NCBI RefSeq assembly: GCF_055900595.2
Contig: NZ_CM148325.1
DNA length: 64,000 nucleotides
Reading direction: 5' to 3' (one strand)
How positions within the stretch are numbered: the stretch's first letter is position 1; the number at the start of each line of letters is the position of its first letter. A program made the position numbers and the translations under genes. This document shows positions 1-10,228 of the stretch, piece by piece. Under the pieces are notes generated by a model. The model ran no database searches. It saw only the letters and a list, made by a program, of their open reading frames with translations, and was not told where the DNA came from.

Positions 1-23
1 GTTTGGCCGCAGGAGTGGCGAAA

Positions 24-365
24 ATGCATGAGTTGTCGCTTTGCCAGAGCGCCGTTGAAATTATCCAACGGCAGGCGGAGCAGCACGATGTTAAGCGCGT
101 CACCGCCGTGTGGCTGGAAATTGGCGCGCTCTCCTGCGTTGAGGAGAGCGCCGTCCGTTTTAGTTTTGAAATTGTCTGCCACGGAACGGTGGCGCAAGGG
201 TGCGATTTACATATCGTCTATAAACCCGCCCAGGCCTGGTGCTGGGATTGCAGCCAGGTGGTGGAGATTCATCAGCACGATGCGCAGTGTCCGCTCTGTC
301 ATGGCGAGCGGTTGCGTGTCGATACCGGCGATTCGCTGATCGTCAAAAGTATTGAAGTTGAATAA
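24..365 (+). CDS. hybF: Hydrogenase maturation nickel-insertion protein (HypA paralog)
   Basis: Translation from ATG at 24 (MHELSLCQSAVEII...) is 113 aa with CxxC...CxxC zinc motif (CWDC ... CPLC); the ORF track's extra N-terminal residues (from 3) are upstream of this Met. Followed 12 bp later by hybG. Confidence 0.9.
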   Translation: MHELSLCQSAVEIIQRQAEQHDVKRVTAVWLEIGALSCVEESAVRFSFEIVCHGTVAQGCDLHIVYKPAQAWCWDCSQVVEIHQHDAQCPLCHGERLRVDTGDSLIVKSIEVE

Positions 366-377
366 CCGGAGTTAACA

Positions 378-626
378 ATGTGTATTGGCGTTCCAGGCCA
401 GGTGCTGGCTGTCGGTGAAGATATTCACCAGCTTGCGCAGGTTGAAGTATGTGGTATCAAGCGCGACGTGAATATCGCCCTGATTTGTGAAGGTAACCCT
501 GCCGATCTGCTGGGCCAGTGGGTGCTGGTACACGTCGGATTTGCCATGAGCATCATCGACGAAGATGAAGCCAAAGCCACATTAGACGCGCTGCGCCAAA
601 TGGATTACGACATTACCAGCGCGTGA
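378..626 (+). CDS. hybG: HypC-family hydrogenase maturation chaperone
   Basis: 82-aa protein starting MCIGVPGQV (N-terminal Cys2 typical of HypC/HybG), immediately downstream of hybF. Confidence 0.9.
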
Positions 627-630
627 TGAT

Positions 631-830
631 TAGCTTTCGTAGGCCTGATAAGACGCGACAGCGTCGCATCAGGCATTGTGCACGATTGCCGGATGCGGCG
701 TGAACGCCTTATCCGGCCTACCGTTCGGGTGCCGATTGTAGGCCTGATAAGACGCGGCAGCGTCGCATCAGGCATTATGCACGATTGCCGGATGCGGCGT
801 GAACGCCTTTTCCGGCCTACCTCGGCCTGG
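631..830. repeat. REP/BIME-type palindromic repeat array (two near-identical ~90-bp units)
   Basis: Two tandem copies of ...gcctgataagacgcg(a/g)cagcgtcgcatcaggcatt(g/a)tgcacgattgccggatgcggcgtgaacgcct... between convergent hybG and yghU; matches E. coli REP consensus motifs. Confidence 0.7.
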
Positions 831-857
831 ATGGCTTGCTGCGACGAACACCAACCC

Positions 858-1724
858 TTACCCCTGACGCTTATCTTCCGTATTCGTCTCGAAATCACTG
901 GCGTCATGGCGTTCATGCAACTGCTCGTTCAGCGGTCCGTTGGTGCGGTTAACAATACGCCCACGCTTCACCGCCGGACGTTCGCCCACTTCTTTCGCCC
1001 AGCGTTGCACATGTTTATAACTTCCCGCATCCAGAAACTCTGCGGCATCATACACGCCGCCGAGCACCACGTTGCCAAACCACGGCCAAATCGCCATATC
1101 CGCAATGGTGTACTCATCGCCCGCAACAAACTTATGCTGCGCCAGTTGCTTATCCAGCACGTCGAGCAGGCGCTTGGCTTCCATAGTAAAGCGGTTGATG
1201 GCGTACTCAATTTTCACCGGCGCGTAATGGTAAAAGTGACCAAAACCACCGCCGAGGAACGGCGCGGCACCCTGTAACCAGAACAGCCAGTTCAGCGTTT
1301 CAGTCCGTTTTGCCAGATCCTGCGGCAGGAAGTAGCCAAATTTCTCCGCCAGATAAAGCAGAATCGATCCAGACTCAAACACGCGGATCGGCGGAGTATG
1401 GGTATGGTCGCGCAGCGCCGGGATCTTCGAGTTTGGGTTCACTTCGACAAAGCCGCTGGAGAATTGATCGCCATCGCCAATACGAATCAGCCAGGCGTCG
1501 TACTCTGCACCAGTAACGCCCAGCGCCAGCAGCTCCTCAAGCATAATCGTTACTTTCTGACCGTTCGGCGTTCCCAGTGAATAGAGTTGCAGCGGATGTT
1601 TGCCCACCGGCAGCGTTTTTTCATGCGTCGGACCAGAAACCGGGCGATTGATATTGGCGAACGCGCCGCCAGCGGATTTATCCCACGTCCAGACTTTCGC
1701 GGGCTGATAAGTATTGTCTGTCAT
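858..1724 (-). CDS. yghU: Nu-class glutathione S-transferase-like protein
   Basis: Minus-strand ORF; start placed at internal Met (MTDNTYQPAKVWTWD..., ATG complement at 1722-1724) giving 288 aa, which matches the remembered YghU length and N-terminus. Confidence 0.9.
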   Translation of the reverse strand: MTDNTYQPAKVWTWDKSAGGAFANINRPVSGPTHEKTLPVGKHPLQLYSLGTPNGQKVTIMLEELLALGVTGAEYDAWLIRIGDGDQFSSGFVEVNPNSKIPALRDHTHTPPIRVFESGSILLYLAEKFGYFLPQDLAKRTETLNWLFWLQGAAPFLGGGFGHFYHYAPVKIEYAINRFTMEAKRLLDVLDKQLAQHKFVAGDEYTIADMAIWPWFGNVVLGGVYDAAEFLDAGSYKHVQRWAKEVGERPAVKRGRIVNRTNGPLNEQLHERHDASDFETNTEDKRQG

Positions 1725-1928
1725 AGTGAGTTGCCTTCTCAGTGGTAGTGTTGAAGCAGTGTAGCAGGTCACTTGCTGTACAGAATGTGAATTTTTTAAC
1801 CCTTTGCGCCAGCCGCTGCGATGAGGTGTATGATTAGTCTGACCTCTGTCCGGTTAATGTCGCTGAGCAGGTAATCAGAGCACAACAATTACGCCAACTG
1901 CTTAGGTTGTATTGTTAAAGGTAAAGTG

Positions 1929-3788
1929 ATGAGCAAAGGAACGACCAGCCAGGATGCCCCGTTCGGGACATTATTGGGCTACGCCCCAGGTGGGGTAGCA
2001 ATCTACTCTTCAGATTACAGTTCTCTCGATCCGCAGGAATACGAAGATGACGCCGTATTCCGTAGCTATATCGACGACGAATATATGGGCCACAAATGGC
2101 AATGCGTTGAATTTGCTCGCCGTTTTCTCTTTCTGAATTACGGTGTGGTCTTCACTGACGTGGGTATGGCGTGGGAGATTTTCTCGCTGCGCTTCCTGCG
2201 TGAAGTGGTTAATGACAACATCCTGCCATTGCAGGCATTTCCTAATGGCTCGCCGCGTGCACCGGTCGCGGGCGCGCTTCTTATCTGGGATAAAGGCGGT
2301 GAATTTAAAGACACTGGCCATGTCGCCATCATTACCCAATTGCATGGCAACAAAGTCCGTATTGCGGAACAGAACGTGATTCATTCCCCGTTACCGCAAG
2401 GGCAACAGTGGACACGCGAGCTGGAGATGGTGGTCGAAAACGGCTGCTATACCCTTAAAGACACGTTTGATGACACCACCATTCTGGGCTGGATGATCCA
2501 GACGGAAGATACTGAATACAGCTTACCGCAGCCGGAAATTGCAGGCGAGCTGCTGAAAATCAGCGGAGCGCGCCTGGAAAACAAAGGTCAGTTTGACGGT
2601 AAATGGCTGGATGAAAAAGATCCGCTACAAAACGCCTATGTGCAGGCCAACGGTCAGGTGATCAATCAGGATCCGTATCATTACTACACCATTACCGAGA
2701 GTGCCGAGCAGGAGCTGATTAAAGCCACCAACGAACTGCACCTGATGTATCTTCACGCCACCGACAAGGTGCTGAAAGATGACAACCTGCTGGCGCTGTT
2801 CGACATTCCGAAAATCCTCTGGCCACGTTTGCGTCTCTCCTGGCAGCGTCGCCGTCACCATATGATCACCGGTCGTATGGATTTCTGTATGGACGAACGT
2901 GGCCTGAAGGTCTACGAATACAACGCCGATTCCGCCTCCTGTCATACCGAAGCGGGCTTGATCCTCGAACGTTGGGCGGAGCAGGGCTATAAAGGCAACG
3001 GCTTCAATCCGGCGGAAGGGCTGATTAACGAACTGGCTGGTGCCTGGAAACACAGTCGTGCACGTCCGTTTGTCCATATCATGCAGGACAAAGATATCGA
3101 GGAAAACTATCACGCGCAGTTTATGGAGCAGGCGCTGCACCAGGCGGGCTTTGAAACGCGTATCTTGCGCGGGCTGGATGAACTGGGCTGGGATGCTGCC
3201 GGGCAACTGATTGATGGGGAAGGGCGACTGGTTAACTGCGTGTGGAAAACCTGGGCGTGGGAAACCGCGTTTGATCAGATTCGTGAAGTTAGCGACCGTG
3301 AGTTTGCTGCGGTGCCGATCCGTACCGGTCATCCGCAAAATGAAGTGCGTCTTATCGACGTATTGCTGCGCCCGGAAGTGCTGGTCTTTGAACCTCTGTG
3401 GACAGTGATCCCCGGCAACAAAGCGATTCTGCCGATCCTCTGGTCGCTGTTCCCGCACCATCGTTACCTGCTGGATACCGATTTCACTGTTAATGATGAA
3501 CTGGTAAAAACAGGTTACGCAGTGAAACCGATCGCCGGTCGCTGTGGCAGTAACATCGACCTCGTCAGCCATCATGAAGAGGTGCTGGACAAAACCAGCG
3601 GTAAATTTGCCGAGCAGAAAAACATCTATCAGCAACTGTGGTGTTTGCCGAAAGTGGACGGTAAATACATTCAGGTATGTACCTTCACCGTTGGCGGCAA
3701 CTACGGTGGGACGTGTTTGCGCGGTGATGAATCACTGGTCATTAAAAAAGAGAGTGATATTGAACCGTTAATTGTGGTGAAAGAGTAA
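1929..3788 (+). CDS. gss: Bifunctional glutathionylspermidine synthetase/amidase
   Basis: 619-aa product from ATG at 1929 (GTG at 1926 possible); N-terminal CHAP-type amidase region and C-terminal ATP-grasp synthetase region recognisable; matches remembered Gss sequence start MSKGTTSQDAPFGTLLGYAPGG. Confidence 0.95.
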   Translation: MSKGTTSQDAPFGTLLGYAPGGVAIYSSDYSSLDPQEYEDDAVFRSYIDDEYMGHKWQCVEFARRFLFLNYGVVFTDVGMAWEIFSLRFLREVVNDNILPLQAFPNGSPRAPVAGALLIWDKGGEFKDTGHVAIITQLHGNKVRIAEQNVIHSPLPQGQQWTRELEMVVENGCYTLKDTFDDTTILGWMIQTEDTEYSLPQPEIAGELLKISGARLENKGQFDGKWLDEKDPLQNAYVQANGQVINQDPYHYYTITESAEQELIKATNELHLMYLHATDKVLKDDNLLALFDIPKILWPRLRLSWQRRRHHMITGRMDFCMDERGLKVYEYNADSASCHTEAGLILERWAEQGYKGNGFNPAEGLINELAGAWKHSRARPFVHIMQDKDIEENYHAQFMEQALHQAGFETRILRGLDELGWDAAGQLIDGEGRLVNCVWKTWAWETAFDQIREVSDREFAAVPIRTGHPQNEVRLIDVLLRPEVLVFEPLWTVIPGNKAILPILWSLFPHHRYLLDTDFTVNDELVKTGYAVKPIAGRCGSNIDLVSHHEEVLDKTSGKFAEQKNIYQQLWCLPKVDGKYIQVCTFTVGGNYGGTCLRGDESLVIKKESDIEPLIVVKE

Positions 3789-3803
3789 TACATGTTGTAG
3801 CAA

Positions 3804-3838
3804 CCCCGCACTGATTATGAAGAATAATCAGTGCGGGG
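3804..3838 (+). terminator. Hairpin terminator after gss
   Basis: Perfect 15-bp inverted repeat ccccgcactgattat / ataatcagtgcgggg with 5-nt loop, 16 bp after the gss stop codon. Confidence 0.6.
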
Positions 3839-4079
3839 ATTAATCAAAATATTCAATATTTATATATTCAAATATTTATTCATTTCATGTGTGAATGTAT
3901 TAACCAGTGGAATGCCTGTGTTTTGATTATTTCTAAAGGTTTTGAATGAATGCTTATTATCTGATACACAAGAAATAACACTCTTTTTATCGTTAAAAAA
4001 TGATATTTCACTTTGCCCACGCCGTTAAAGTCACTGATAATGCGTCCGTTCGTAAATTCAAAATGGCGTAATCTAATAT

Positions 4080-5579
4080 ATGCTAAATTTATTTGTTGGC
4101 CTTGATATATACACAGGGCTTTTGTTATTACTTGCTCTGGCATTTGTGTTGTTCTACGAAGCAATCAATGGTTTTCATGACACGGCGAATGCGGTGGCAA
4201 CCGTTATTTATACTCGTGCCATGCAACCACAACTTGCTGTGGTGATGGCGGCATTTTTTAACTTTTTTGGCGTATTGCTAGGCGGACTTAGCGTTGCCTA
4301 TGCCATTGTCCATATGTTACCAACCGATTTGCTATTGAATATGGGGTCAACCCACGGTCTGGCGATGGTCTTTTCCATGCTGCTGGCGGCGATTATCTGG
4401 AACCTGGGAACGTGGTTCTTTGGTTTACCTGCTTCCAGTTCGCACACCTTGATTGGCGCGATTATCGGCATCGGTTTAACCAACGCGCTGTTAACCGGCT
4501 CATCGGTGATGGATGCGTTAAACCTGCGTGAAGTGACCAAGATTTTCTCCTCGCTGATTGTCTCCCCCATCGTCGGCCTGGTCATTGCAGGAGGACTGAT
4601 TTTCCTGCTGCGCCGTTTCTGGAGCGGGACGAAAAAGCGTGACCGCATTCACCGTATTCCTGAAGATCGCAAAAAGAAAAAGGGCAAACGTAAGCCGCCA
4701 TTCTGGACGCGTATTGCCCTCATTGTTTCCGCTGCGGGCGTGGCATTTTCGCACGGTGCGAATGACGGGCAGAAAGGGATCGGTCTGGTGATGCTGGTAC
4801 TGGTGGGGATTGCCCCTGCTGGTTTCGTCGTCAATATGAATGCGTCTGGCTATGAAATTACCCGTACCCGCGATGCAGTGACTAACTTCGAACACTATCT
4901 GCAACAGCATCCTGAACTGCCGCAGAAGTTGATCGCGATGGAACCGCCATTGCCTGCGGCATCGACTGATGGCACGCAAGCGACGGAGTTTCACTGTCAT
5001 CCGGCAAATACCTTTGATGCGATTGCGCGCGTTAAAACGATGCTGCCAGGCAATATGGAAAGTTACGAGCCGTTAAGCGTGAGTCAGCGCAGCCAGCTGC
5101 GCCGCATTATGCTGTGCATCTCTGATACCTCCGCGAAGCTGGCGAAACTGCCAGGCGTCAGTAAAGAAGACCAGAACCTGCTGAAAAAACTGCGCAGCGA
5201 TATGTTAAGCACCATTGAGTACGCTCCGGTGTGGATCATCATGGCAGTAGCTCTGGCGCTCGGCATTGGCACCATGATTGGCTGGCGTCGTGTAGCGATG
5301 ACCATCGGTGAGAAGATTGGTAAGCGCGGCATGACGTATGCGCAAGGCATGGCGGCACAAATGACGGCGGCAGTGTCTATCGGCCTTGCCAGTTATATTG
5401 GGATGCCCGTCTCCACAACACACGTACTCTCATCTGCCGTAGCAGGGACGATGGTGGTGGACGGCGGTGGGTTACAGCGTAAAACGGTAACCAGCATCCT
5501 GATGGCGTGGGTATTTACTTTACCGGCGGCGATTTTTCTTTCTGGTGGGTTGTACTGGATAGCATTGCAGTTGATTTAA
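4080..5579 (+). CDS. pitB: Low-affinity inorganic phosphate transporter (PiT family)
   Basis: 499-aa polytopic membrane protein with duplicated GANDGQKG / GxNDxxN-type PiT signature regions ([10 protein letters not shown] ... [12 protein letters not shown]) and a central hydrophilic lysine-rich loop. Confidence 0.9.
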   Translation: MLNLFVGLDIYTGLLLLLALAFVLFYEAINGFHDTANAVATVIYTRAMQPQLAVVMAAFFNFFGVLLGGLSVAYAIVHMLPTDLLLNMGSTHGLAMVFSMLLAAIIWNLGTWFFGLPASSSHTLIGAIIGIGLTNALLTGSSVMDALNLREVTKIFSSLIVSPIVGLVIAGGLIFLLRRFWSGTKKRDRIHRIPEDRKKKKGKRKPPFWTRIALIVSAAGVAFSHGANDGQKGIGLVMLVLVGIAPAGFVVNMNASGYEITRTRDAVTNFEHYLQQHPELPQKLIAMEPPLPAASTDGTQATEFHCHPANTFDAIARVKTMLPGNMESYEPLSVSQRSQLRRIMLCISDTSAKLAKLPGVSKEDQNLLKKLRSDMLSTIEYAPVWIIMAVALALGIGTMIGWRRVAMTIGEKIGKRGMTYAQGMAAQMTAAVSIGLASYIGMPVSTTHVLSSAVAGTMVVDGGGLQRKTVTSILMAWVFTLPAAIFLSGGLYWIALQLI

Positions 5580-5587
5580 CCTTCCTG

Positions 5588-5627
5588 AAAATGCCCGGTC
5601 CTGGCGATCGGGCATTTCCATTTTTGA
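5588..5627. terminator. Bidirectional hairpin between convergent pitB and yghT
   Basis: Inverted repeat aaatgcccgg...ccgggcattt followed by a T-run (catttttg), in the 48-bp gap between pitB (+) and yghT (-). Confidence 0.5.
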
Positions 5628-6320
5628 CTAGTGATAACCACGCGCGGTCATAAAATCCGTAATCGCTTTTTCTGCATCAACCAGCACCTTTTCCAGTGGC
5701 TGATTAGCATCGATATCAACCAGTTGTGCACCGCCAAAGGTTAACTGTGGCGTTATGGCAATCTTCCTCGCCAGCGATTCCCGTTTATGGTCGGGTTTAC
5801 GCGCGCAGGCAACTTCAAGGTCAACATTGAGTTTGATGACCAGATCAGGTTTATGGCTCGCCATCCAGTGAAACGCTTTACGTTCCTGGCTTGCCAGCCA
5901 TGAGACAAACCGGCCGCCTTCAACGTTAGGCGGGAACACTGTACCATCGTAAGCGCCAGGAATTTGGTCCTGAGGATAACGGTCGGTTAGAACAATTAAC
6001 CCGCGACGACGACAGGCAAGCATATGACGAAAGCGCAGTAAGCGACGGGCGACAAACGCTGTAATTACCAGCGCCGGAACTGGCCCAGGCAATTTTTTTG
6101 CTGTTTTCACCTGATTTCGTTCAATTGTTTTATGTAAGGATTTTCCCATCAACGGTAATTTTGTCACTGCACGACCGACATTTCCGGCCTGTTTTCCTAA
6201 ATGAACTCTTTCGGCAGCACCATATTTTTCGACAACGGTAATGAGATGTTCACACACCGTTGACTTGCCTGAACCATCGCTACCAATAACGGCAATTAAT
6301 GGAGGTGTTATTGACTGCAT
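5628..6320 (-). CDS. yghT: Uncharacterised P-loop ATP-binding protein, NMP-kinase-like fold
   Basis: 230 aa; N-terminal Walker [10 protein letters not shown]; internal LTDRYPQD (DRY-type motif); paralogous to the next two genes. Confidence 0.8.
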   Translation of the reverse strand: MQSITPPLIAVIGSDGSGKSTVCEHLITVVEKYGAAERVHLGKQAGNVGRAVTKLPLMGKSLHKTIERNQVKTAKKLPGPVPALVITAFVARRLLRFRHMLACRRRGLIVLTDRYPQDQIPGAYDGTVFPPNVEGGRFVSWLASQERKAFHWMASHKPDLVIKLNVDLEVACARKPDHKRESLARKIAITPQLTFGGAQLVDIDANQPLEKVLVDAEKAITDFMTARGYH

Positions 6321-6493
6321 GAATATATCCTTTAATTTAAATATCCATTAAAAATATTTATTTGGTTAATATGTTTTTATGAAAGCGTAATTCAGGTCAA
6401 TGTCACAATTAACCATTGTCACAATAAGGTTGAACGGATATTCTGAGCACGGACCACGTAATATTCAATACATTATTTGCTGCCGGGTTTTTC

Positions 6494-7207
6494 GTGAATC
6501 AACGTAATATGTCAATAATTAATTCCACGCCAGTGCGTGTTATTGCCATTGTAGGATGTGATGGTTCAGGTAAATCGACCCTCACGGCAAGCCTGGTAAA
6601 TGAACTGGCAGCAAGAATGCCAACAGAACACATTTATCTCGGGCAATCGTCCGGGCGAATTGGCGAATGGATTTCACAGCTCCCTGTTATTGGCGCACCT
6701 TTTGGGCGTTATTTGCGAAGTAAAGCGGCACATGTGCACGAAAAGCCCTTAACACCGCCTGGCAATATTACTGCGCTGGTTATCTATCTGCTTTCCTGCT
6801 GGCGGGCGTACAAGTTTCGCAAAATGTTGTGTAAAAGCCAGCAAGGCTATCTGCTCATCACCGACCGCTACCCGCAGGTTGAAGTGCCGGGTTTTCGCTT
6901 TGATGGCCCGCAATTGGCAAAAACCACGGGCGGTAACGGCTGGATAAAAATGTTAAGGCAGCGCGAGCTGAAGCTGTACCAATGGATGGCGTCTTATTTG
7001 CCCGTATTGTTGATTCGTCTTGGCATTGATGAACAAACCGCGTTTTCGCGTAAACCTGACCATCAACTGGCGGCGTTACAGGAAAAAATCGCCGTTACGC
7101 CGCAACTGACATTCAATGGCGCCGGGATCCTTGAACTGGATGGTCGGCAACCAGCCGATGAAATTATGCAAGCGTCACTACGCGCAATTCACGCCGCGCT
7201 TTCCTGA
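6494..7207 (+). CDS. yghS: Uncharacterised P-loop ATP-binding protein, NMP-kinase-like fold
   Basis: 237 aa; Walker A GCDGSGKST; ITDRYPQ; C-terminal SRKPDH...TPQLTF shared with yghT. Confidence 0.8.
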   Translation: MNQRNMSIINSTPVRVIAIVGCDGSGKSTLTASLVNELAARMPTEHIYLGQSSGRIGEWISQLPVIGAPFGRYLRSKAAHVHEKPLTPPGNITALVIYLLSCWRAYKFRKMLCKSQQGYLLITDRYPQVEVPGFRFDGPQLAKTTGGNGWIKMLRQRELKLYQWMASYLPVLLIRLGIDEQTAFSRKPDHQLAALQEKIAVTPQLTFNGAGILELDGRQPADEIMQASLRAIHAALS

Positions 7208-7238
7208 TCACCAAAATGGATAGGGGATGATTTAACGA

Positions 7239-7997
7239 ATGGATGCACTACAAACACAAACTGTTAATAGTACAACCGTGCCGCAGCCCAACTACATTCC
7301 GGGGCTGATTGCGGTGGTCGGGTGTGATGGCACCGGTAAATCCACGCTGACCACCGACCTGGTGAAATCGCTGCAACAACACTGGCAAACCGAGCGCCGC
7401 TATTTGGGGCTGCTCTCCGGCGAAGACGGCGACAAAATCAAACGATTGCCGTTGGTTGGCGTCTGGCTGGAACGGCGACTGGCGGCCAAATCCTCGAAAA
7501 CCCAAAGCATGAAAACCAAATCTCCAGCGCTATGGGCGGCGGTGATTATGTACTGCTTCTCGCTGCGAAGAATGGCGAATCTACGCAAGGTTCAGCGACT
7601 GGCGCAAAGTGGCGTTCTGGTGGTCAGCGATCGCTTCCCGCAGGCTGAAATTTCGGGCTTTTATTATGACGGACCGGGGATTGGCGTCGAGCGCGCGACC
7701 GGGAAAATCAACCAATTTCTGGCGCAGCGCGAGCGACAGTTATACCAACAAATGGCGCAGTATCGTCCTGAATTAATCATTCGTTTGGGGATTGATATTG
7801 ATACTGCCATCTCCCGCAAGCCTGACCATGACTATGCCGAGCTGCAGGACAAAATCGGCGTCATGTCGACGATTGGCTATAACGGCACAAAAATTCTTGA
7901 GATTGATTCCAGAGCGCCCTACAGCGAAGTGCTGGAACAGGCACAGAAGGCGGTTTCTCTGGTTGCCATCGTTTCTGACCGCCGAAGTTTAACTTAA
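7239..7997 (+). CDS. yghR: Uncharacterised P-loop ATP-binding protein, NMP-kinase-like fold
   Basis: 252 aa; Walker A GCDGTGKST; VSDRFPQ; SRKPDH motif; third paralog. Confidence 0.8.
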   Translation: MDALQTQTVNSTTVPQPNYIPGLIAVVGCDGTGKSTLTTDLVKSLQQHWQTERRYLGLLSGEDGDKIKRLPLVGVWLERRLAAKSSKTQSMKTKSPALWAAVIMYCFSLRRMANLRKVQRLAQSGVLVVSDRFPQAEISGFYYDGPGIGVERATGKINQFLAQRERQLYQQMAQYRPELIIRLGIDIDTAISRKPDHDYAELQDKIGVMSTIGYNGTKILEIDSRAPYSEVLEQAQKAVSLVAIVSDRRSLT

Positions 7998-8042
7998 GGC
8001 TGGCGGGATACTTTTTACTATCAACGATAAGGTCAGGCTGAA

Positions 8043-9392
8043 TTGGCGGGTTTTAACATCAAACATTGGTTTGCAGATGGCGCGTTTCGCACCATTATTC
8101 GCAATAGCGCCTGGTTAGGCTCCAGTAATGTCGTGAGCGCTTTGCTGGGTCTGTTGGCGCTCTCGTGTGCCGGTAAAGGGATGACGCCCGCCATGTTTGG
8201 CGTACTGGTGATTGTGCAATCGTACGCCAAGTCGATCAGCGATTTTATTAAGTTTCAGACATGGCAGTTGGTGGTGCAGTACGGAACGCCAGCCTTGACC
8301 AACAATAATCCGCAGCAATTTCGCAATGTCGTCTCATTTTCCTTCTCGTTGGATATCGTCAGCGGCGCGGTGGCGATTGTCGGCGGCATTGCCTTACTCC
8401 CTTTTCTTTCCCATTCATTAGGTCTGGATGACCAAAGCTTTTGGCTGGCAGCGCTGTATTGCACGCTCATTCCTTCAATGGCTTCCTCCACGCCGACCGG
8501 CATTCTGCGTGCGGTAGATAGCTTCGACTTAATTGCTGTACAGCAGGCGACGAAACCTTTTCTGCGCGCAGCGGGGAGCGTCGTTGCCTGGTATTTTGAC
8601 TTTGGTTTTGCGGGTTTTGTTATTGCCTGGTACGCCTCGAATCTTGTTGGCGGCACCATGTACTGGTGGTTTGCCGCACGTGAATTACGCCGCAGAAATA
8701 TCCATAACGCGTTCAAATTGAATCTGTTTGAGTCTGCCCGACACATCAAAGGCGCGTGGAGTTTTGTCTGGTCAACCAACATTGCCCATTCCATCTGGTC
8801 GGCGCGTAATTCGTGCAGCACAGTGTTGGTGGGGATCGTGTTAGGACCCGCTGCCGCCGGGTTATTTAAAATCGCCATGACATTCTTCGACGCCGCCGGA
8901 ACGCCAGCGGGTTTACTAGGTAAAAGTTTTTACCCAGAGGTGATGCGTTTAGATCCGCGCACCACCAGACCGTGGTTGTTAGGCGTGAAGTCCGGTTTAC
9001 TGGCGGGCGGAATCGGTATTCTGGTGGCGCTCGCGGTGTTGATCGTCGGCAAGCCGCTCATTTCGCTGGTGTTTGGCGTTAAGTATCTCGAAGCGTATGA
9101 CCTGATTCAGGTGATGCTGGGCGCAATTGTGATTTCGATGCTGGGCTTCCCACAGGAGTCATTGCTATTGATGGCGGGAAAACAGCGTGCTTTTCTCGTG
9201 GCGCAAACCATCGCCTCAATCGGCTACATCGTATTGCTGTTCATGTTCTGTCATCTGTTTGGCGTGCTGGGGGCTGCATTTGCTTACTTCGCTGGGCAAT
9301 GTCTGGATGTGGTGCTCTCGCTAATTCCAACCTTAAAGGCATTTTTTCAGCGCCATTCCTTGCTTTATAACGCAGCCGGAGAGAAATCCTGA
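8043..9392 (+). CDS. yghQ: MOP/Wzx-like polysaccharide or lipid flippase family inner-membrane protein
   Basis: Polytopic membrane protein (many hydrophobic helices across 449 codons). Start uncertain: the track uses a TTG at 8043; the first in-frame ATG is at 8181 but would remove the first predicted TM helix. Stop overlaps the next start (TGATG at 9389-9394). Confidence 0.75.
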   Translation: MAGFNIKHWFADGAFRTIIRNSAWLGSSNVVSALLGLLALSCAGKGMTPAMFGVLVIVQSYAKSISDFIKFQTWQLVVQYGTPALTNNNPQQFRNVVSFSFSLDIVSGAVAIVGGIALLPFLSHSLGLDDQSFWLAALYCTLIPSMASSTPTGILRAVDSFDLIAVQQATKPFLRAAGSVVAWYFDFGFAGFVIAWYASNLVGGTMYWWFAARELRRRNIHNAFKLNLFESARHIKGAWSFVWSTNIAHSIWSARNSCSTVLVGIVLGPAAAGLFKIAMTFFDAAGTPAGLLGKSFYPEVMRLDPRTTRPWLLGVKSGLLAGGIGILVALAVLIVGKPLISLVFGVKYLEAYDLIQVMLGAIVISMLGFPQESLLLMAGKQRAFLVAQTIASIGYIVLLFMFCHLFGVLGAAFAYFAGQCLDVVLSLIPTLKAFFQRHSLLYNAAGEKS

Positions 9393-10228
9393 TGATGAGA
9401 AAATATTTCCCGCTTGAGGCTAGCGAGCGTCTATTTGTTGCGATTGAAGAAGATGATGTCGTTGATGCACAGGTCAGTTTGCCGCCGACTATCGCACTAA
9501 GTTGTACCACCGAAATCATCCATGATAATTACGCGTTATGCCTGAAATTCTGGCTGGATGGTGTTAATCGTCAGGAGCTACTGCGTTTAATCCGCAAACA
9601 GGCGAAAGGCGATGAGCTGACGACAGACGAGCGCAAAAAGTATAAATACATGCGAGCGCGCTACAAGCATCTGCGCTTTGCGCAACGGCTGTATTTAAAG
9701 AAGCATCAGGCCGGATTTTTATTCGGCAAAACGACCGTTTTTTTGGGGCGTTTTCAGGACGGCTTTCGTAACGGTAAGAAAAATATTGTGTCGTATTACG
9801 GCAACCTGTTACGGGTTTATTTAAGCTCTCCGGTCTGGTCGTTGGTGAACTATTCATTACGCCATAGCCAGTTAGAAAGCGTAAGCGGTTTTATTGCCTA
9901 TCGGCAAAAGCAAATGCATACCCTGAAAGAGATAATTGCCAAACCGCGACTAACTGGCAGGGAATTTCATGATGTGCGAAAAATCATCAGCCAGCAGGTT
10001 TCTTATTACGACACCCTAAGATCGCTTGATCCTGAAAATAAAGAGGCGTTACAGATTTCCCGCTTCCTCGCCGCCATTAATGGCCTGATGGGGGATAAAC
10101 ACGACGACATGGTGGCGGATGATATGGAAAACCGCCAGTCGTATGATGCACCGATGGCGCTGGATAGCGATATTCGTCAGCGCTTAGAACTGCTGATTTC
10201 GCGTTTCCCACTCTATCCGGAGCAATAA
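9392..10228 (+). CDS. Hypothetical protein (278 aa), translationally coupled between yghQ and a YtfJ-like gene
   Basis: Intact ORF with 1-nt overlaps to both neighbours (yghQ stop / its ATG; its stop / next ATG); no motif I can assign; basic, soluble-looking. Confidence 0.6.
   Translation: MMRKYFPLEASERLFVAIEEDDVVDAQVSLPPTIALSCTTEIIHDNYALCLKFWLDGVNRQELLRLIRKQAKGDELTTDERKKYKYMRARYKHLRFAQRLYLKKHQAGFLFGKTTVFLGRFQDGFRNGKKNIVSYYGNLLRVYLSSPVWSLVNYSLRHSQLESVSGFIAYRQKQMHTLKEIIAKPRLTGREFHDVRKIISQQVSYYDTLRSLDPENKEALQISRFLAAINGLMGDKHDDMVADDMENRQSYDAPMALDSDIRQRLELLISRFPLYPEQ

Noticed and set aside
3-365. Track ORF giving hybF a 7-residue N-terminal extension (MAAGVAK...)
   Set aside because: The ORF is open from the window edge. 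The conserved HypA/HybF N-terminus begins at MHELSLCQ (ATG 24), so the extension is most likely not translated.
2625-3635. 336-aa minus-strand ORF inside gss
   Set aside because: Lies entirely antisense within the well-supported gss coding region; no recognisable motifs; typical antisense ORF in GC-rich coding DNA.
4620-4700. Lysine/arginine-rich stretch ([23 protein letters not shown]) in pitB, considered as a possible insertion or repeat
   Set aside because: It falls in the central hydrophilic cytoplasmic loop between the two PiT half-domains, where such charged sequence is normal; no flanking direct repeats.
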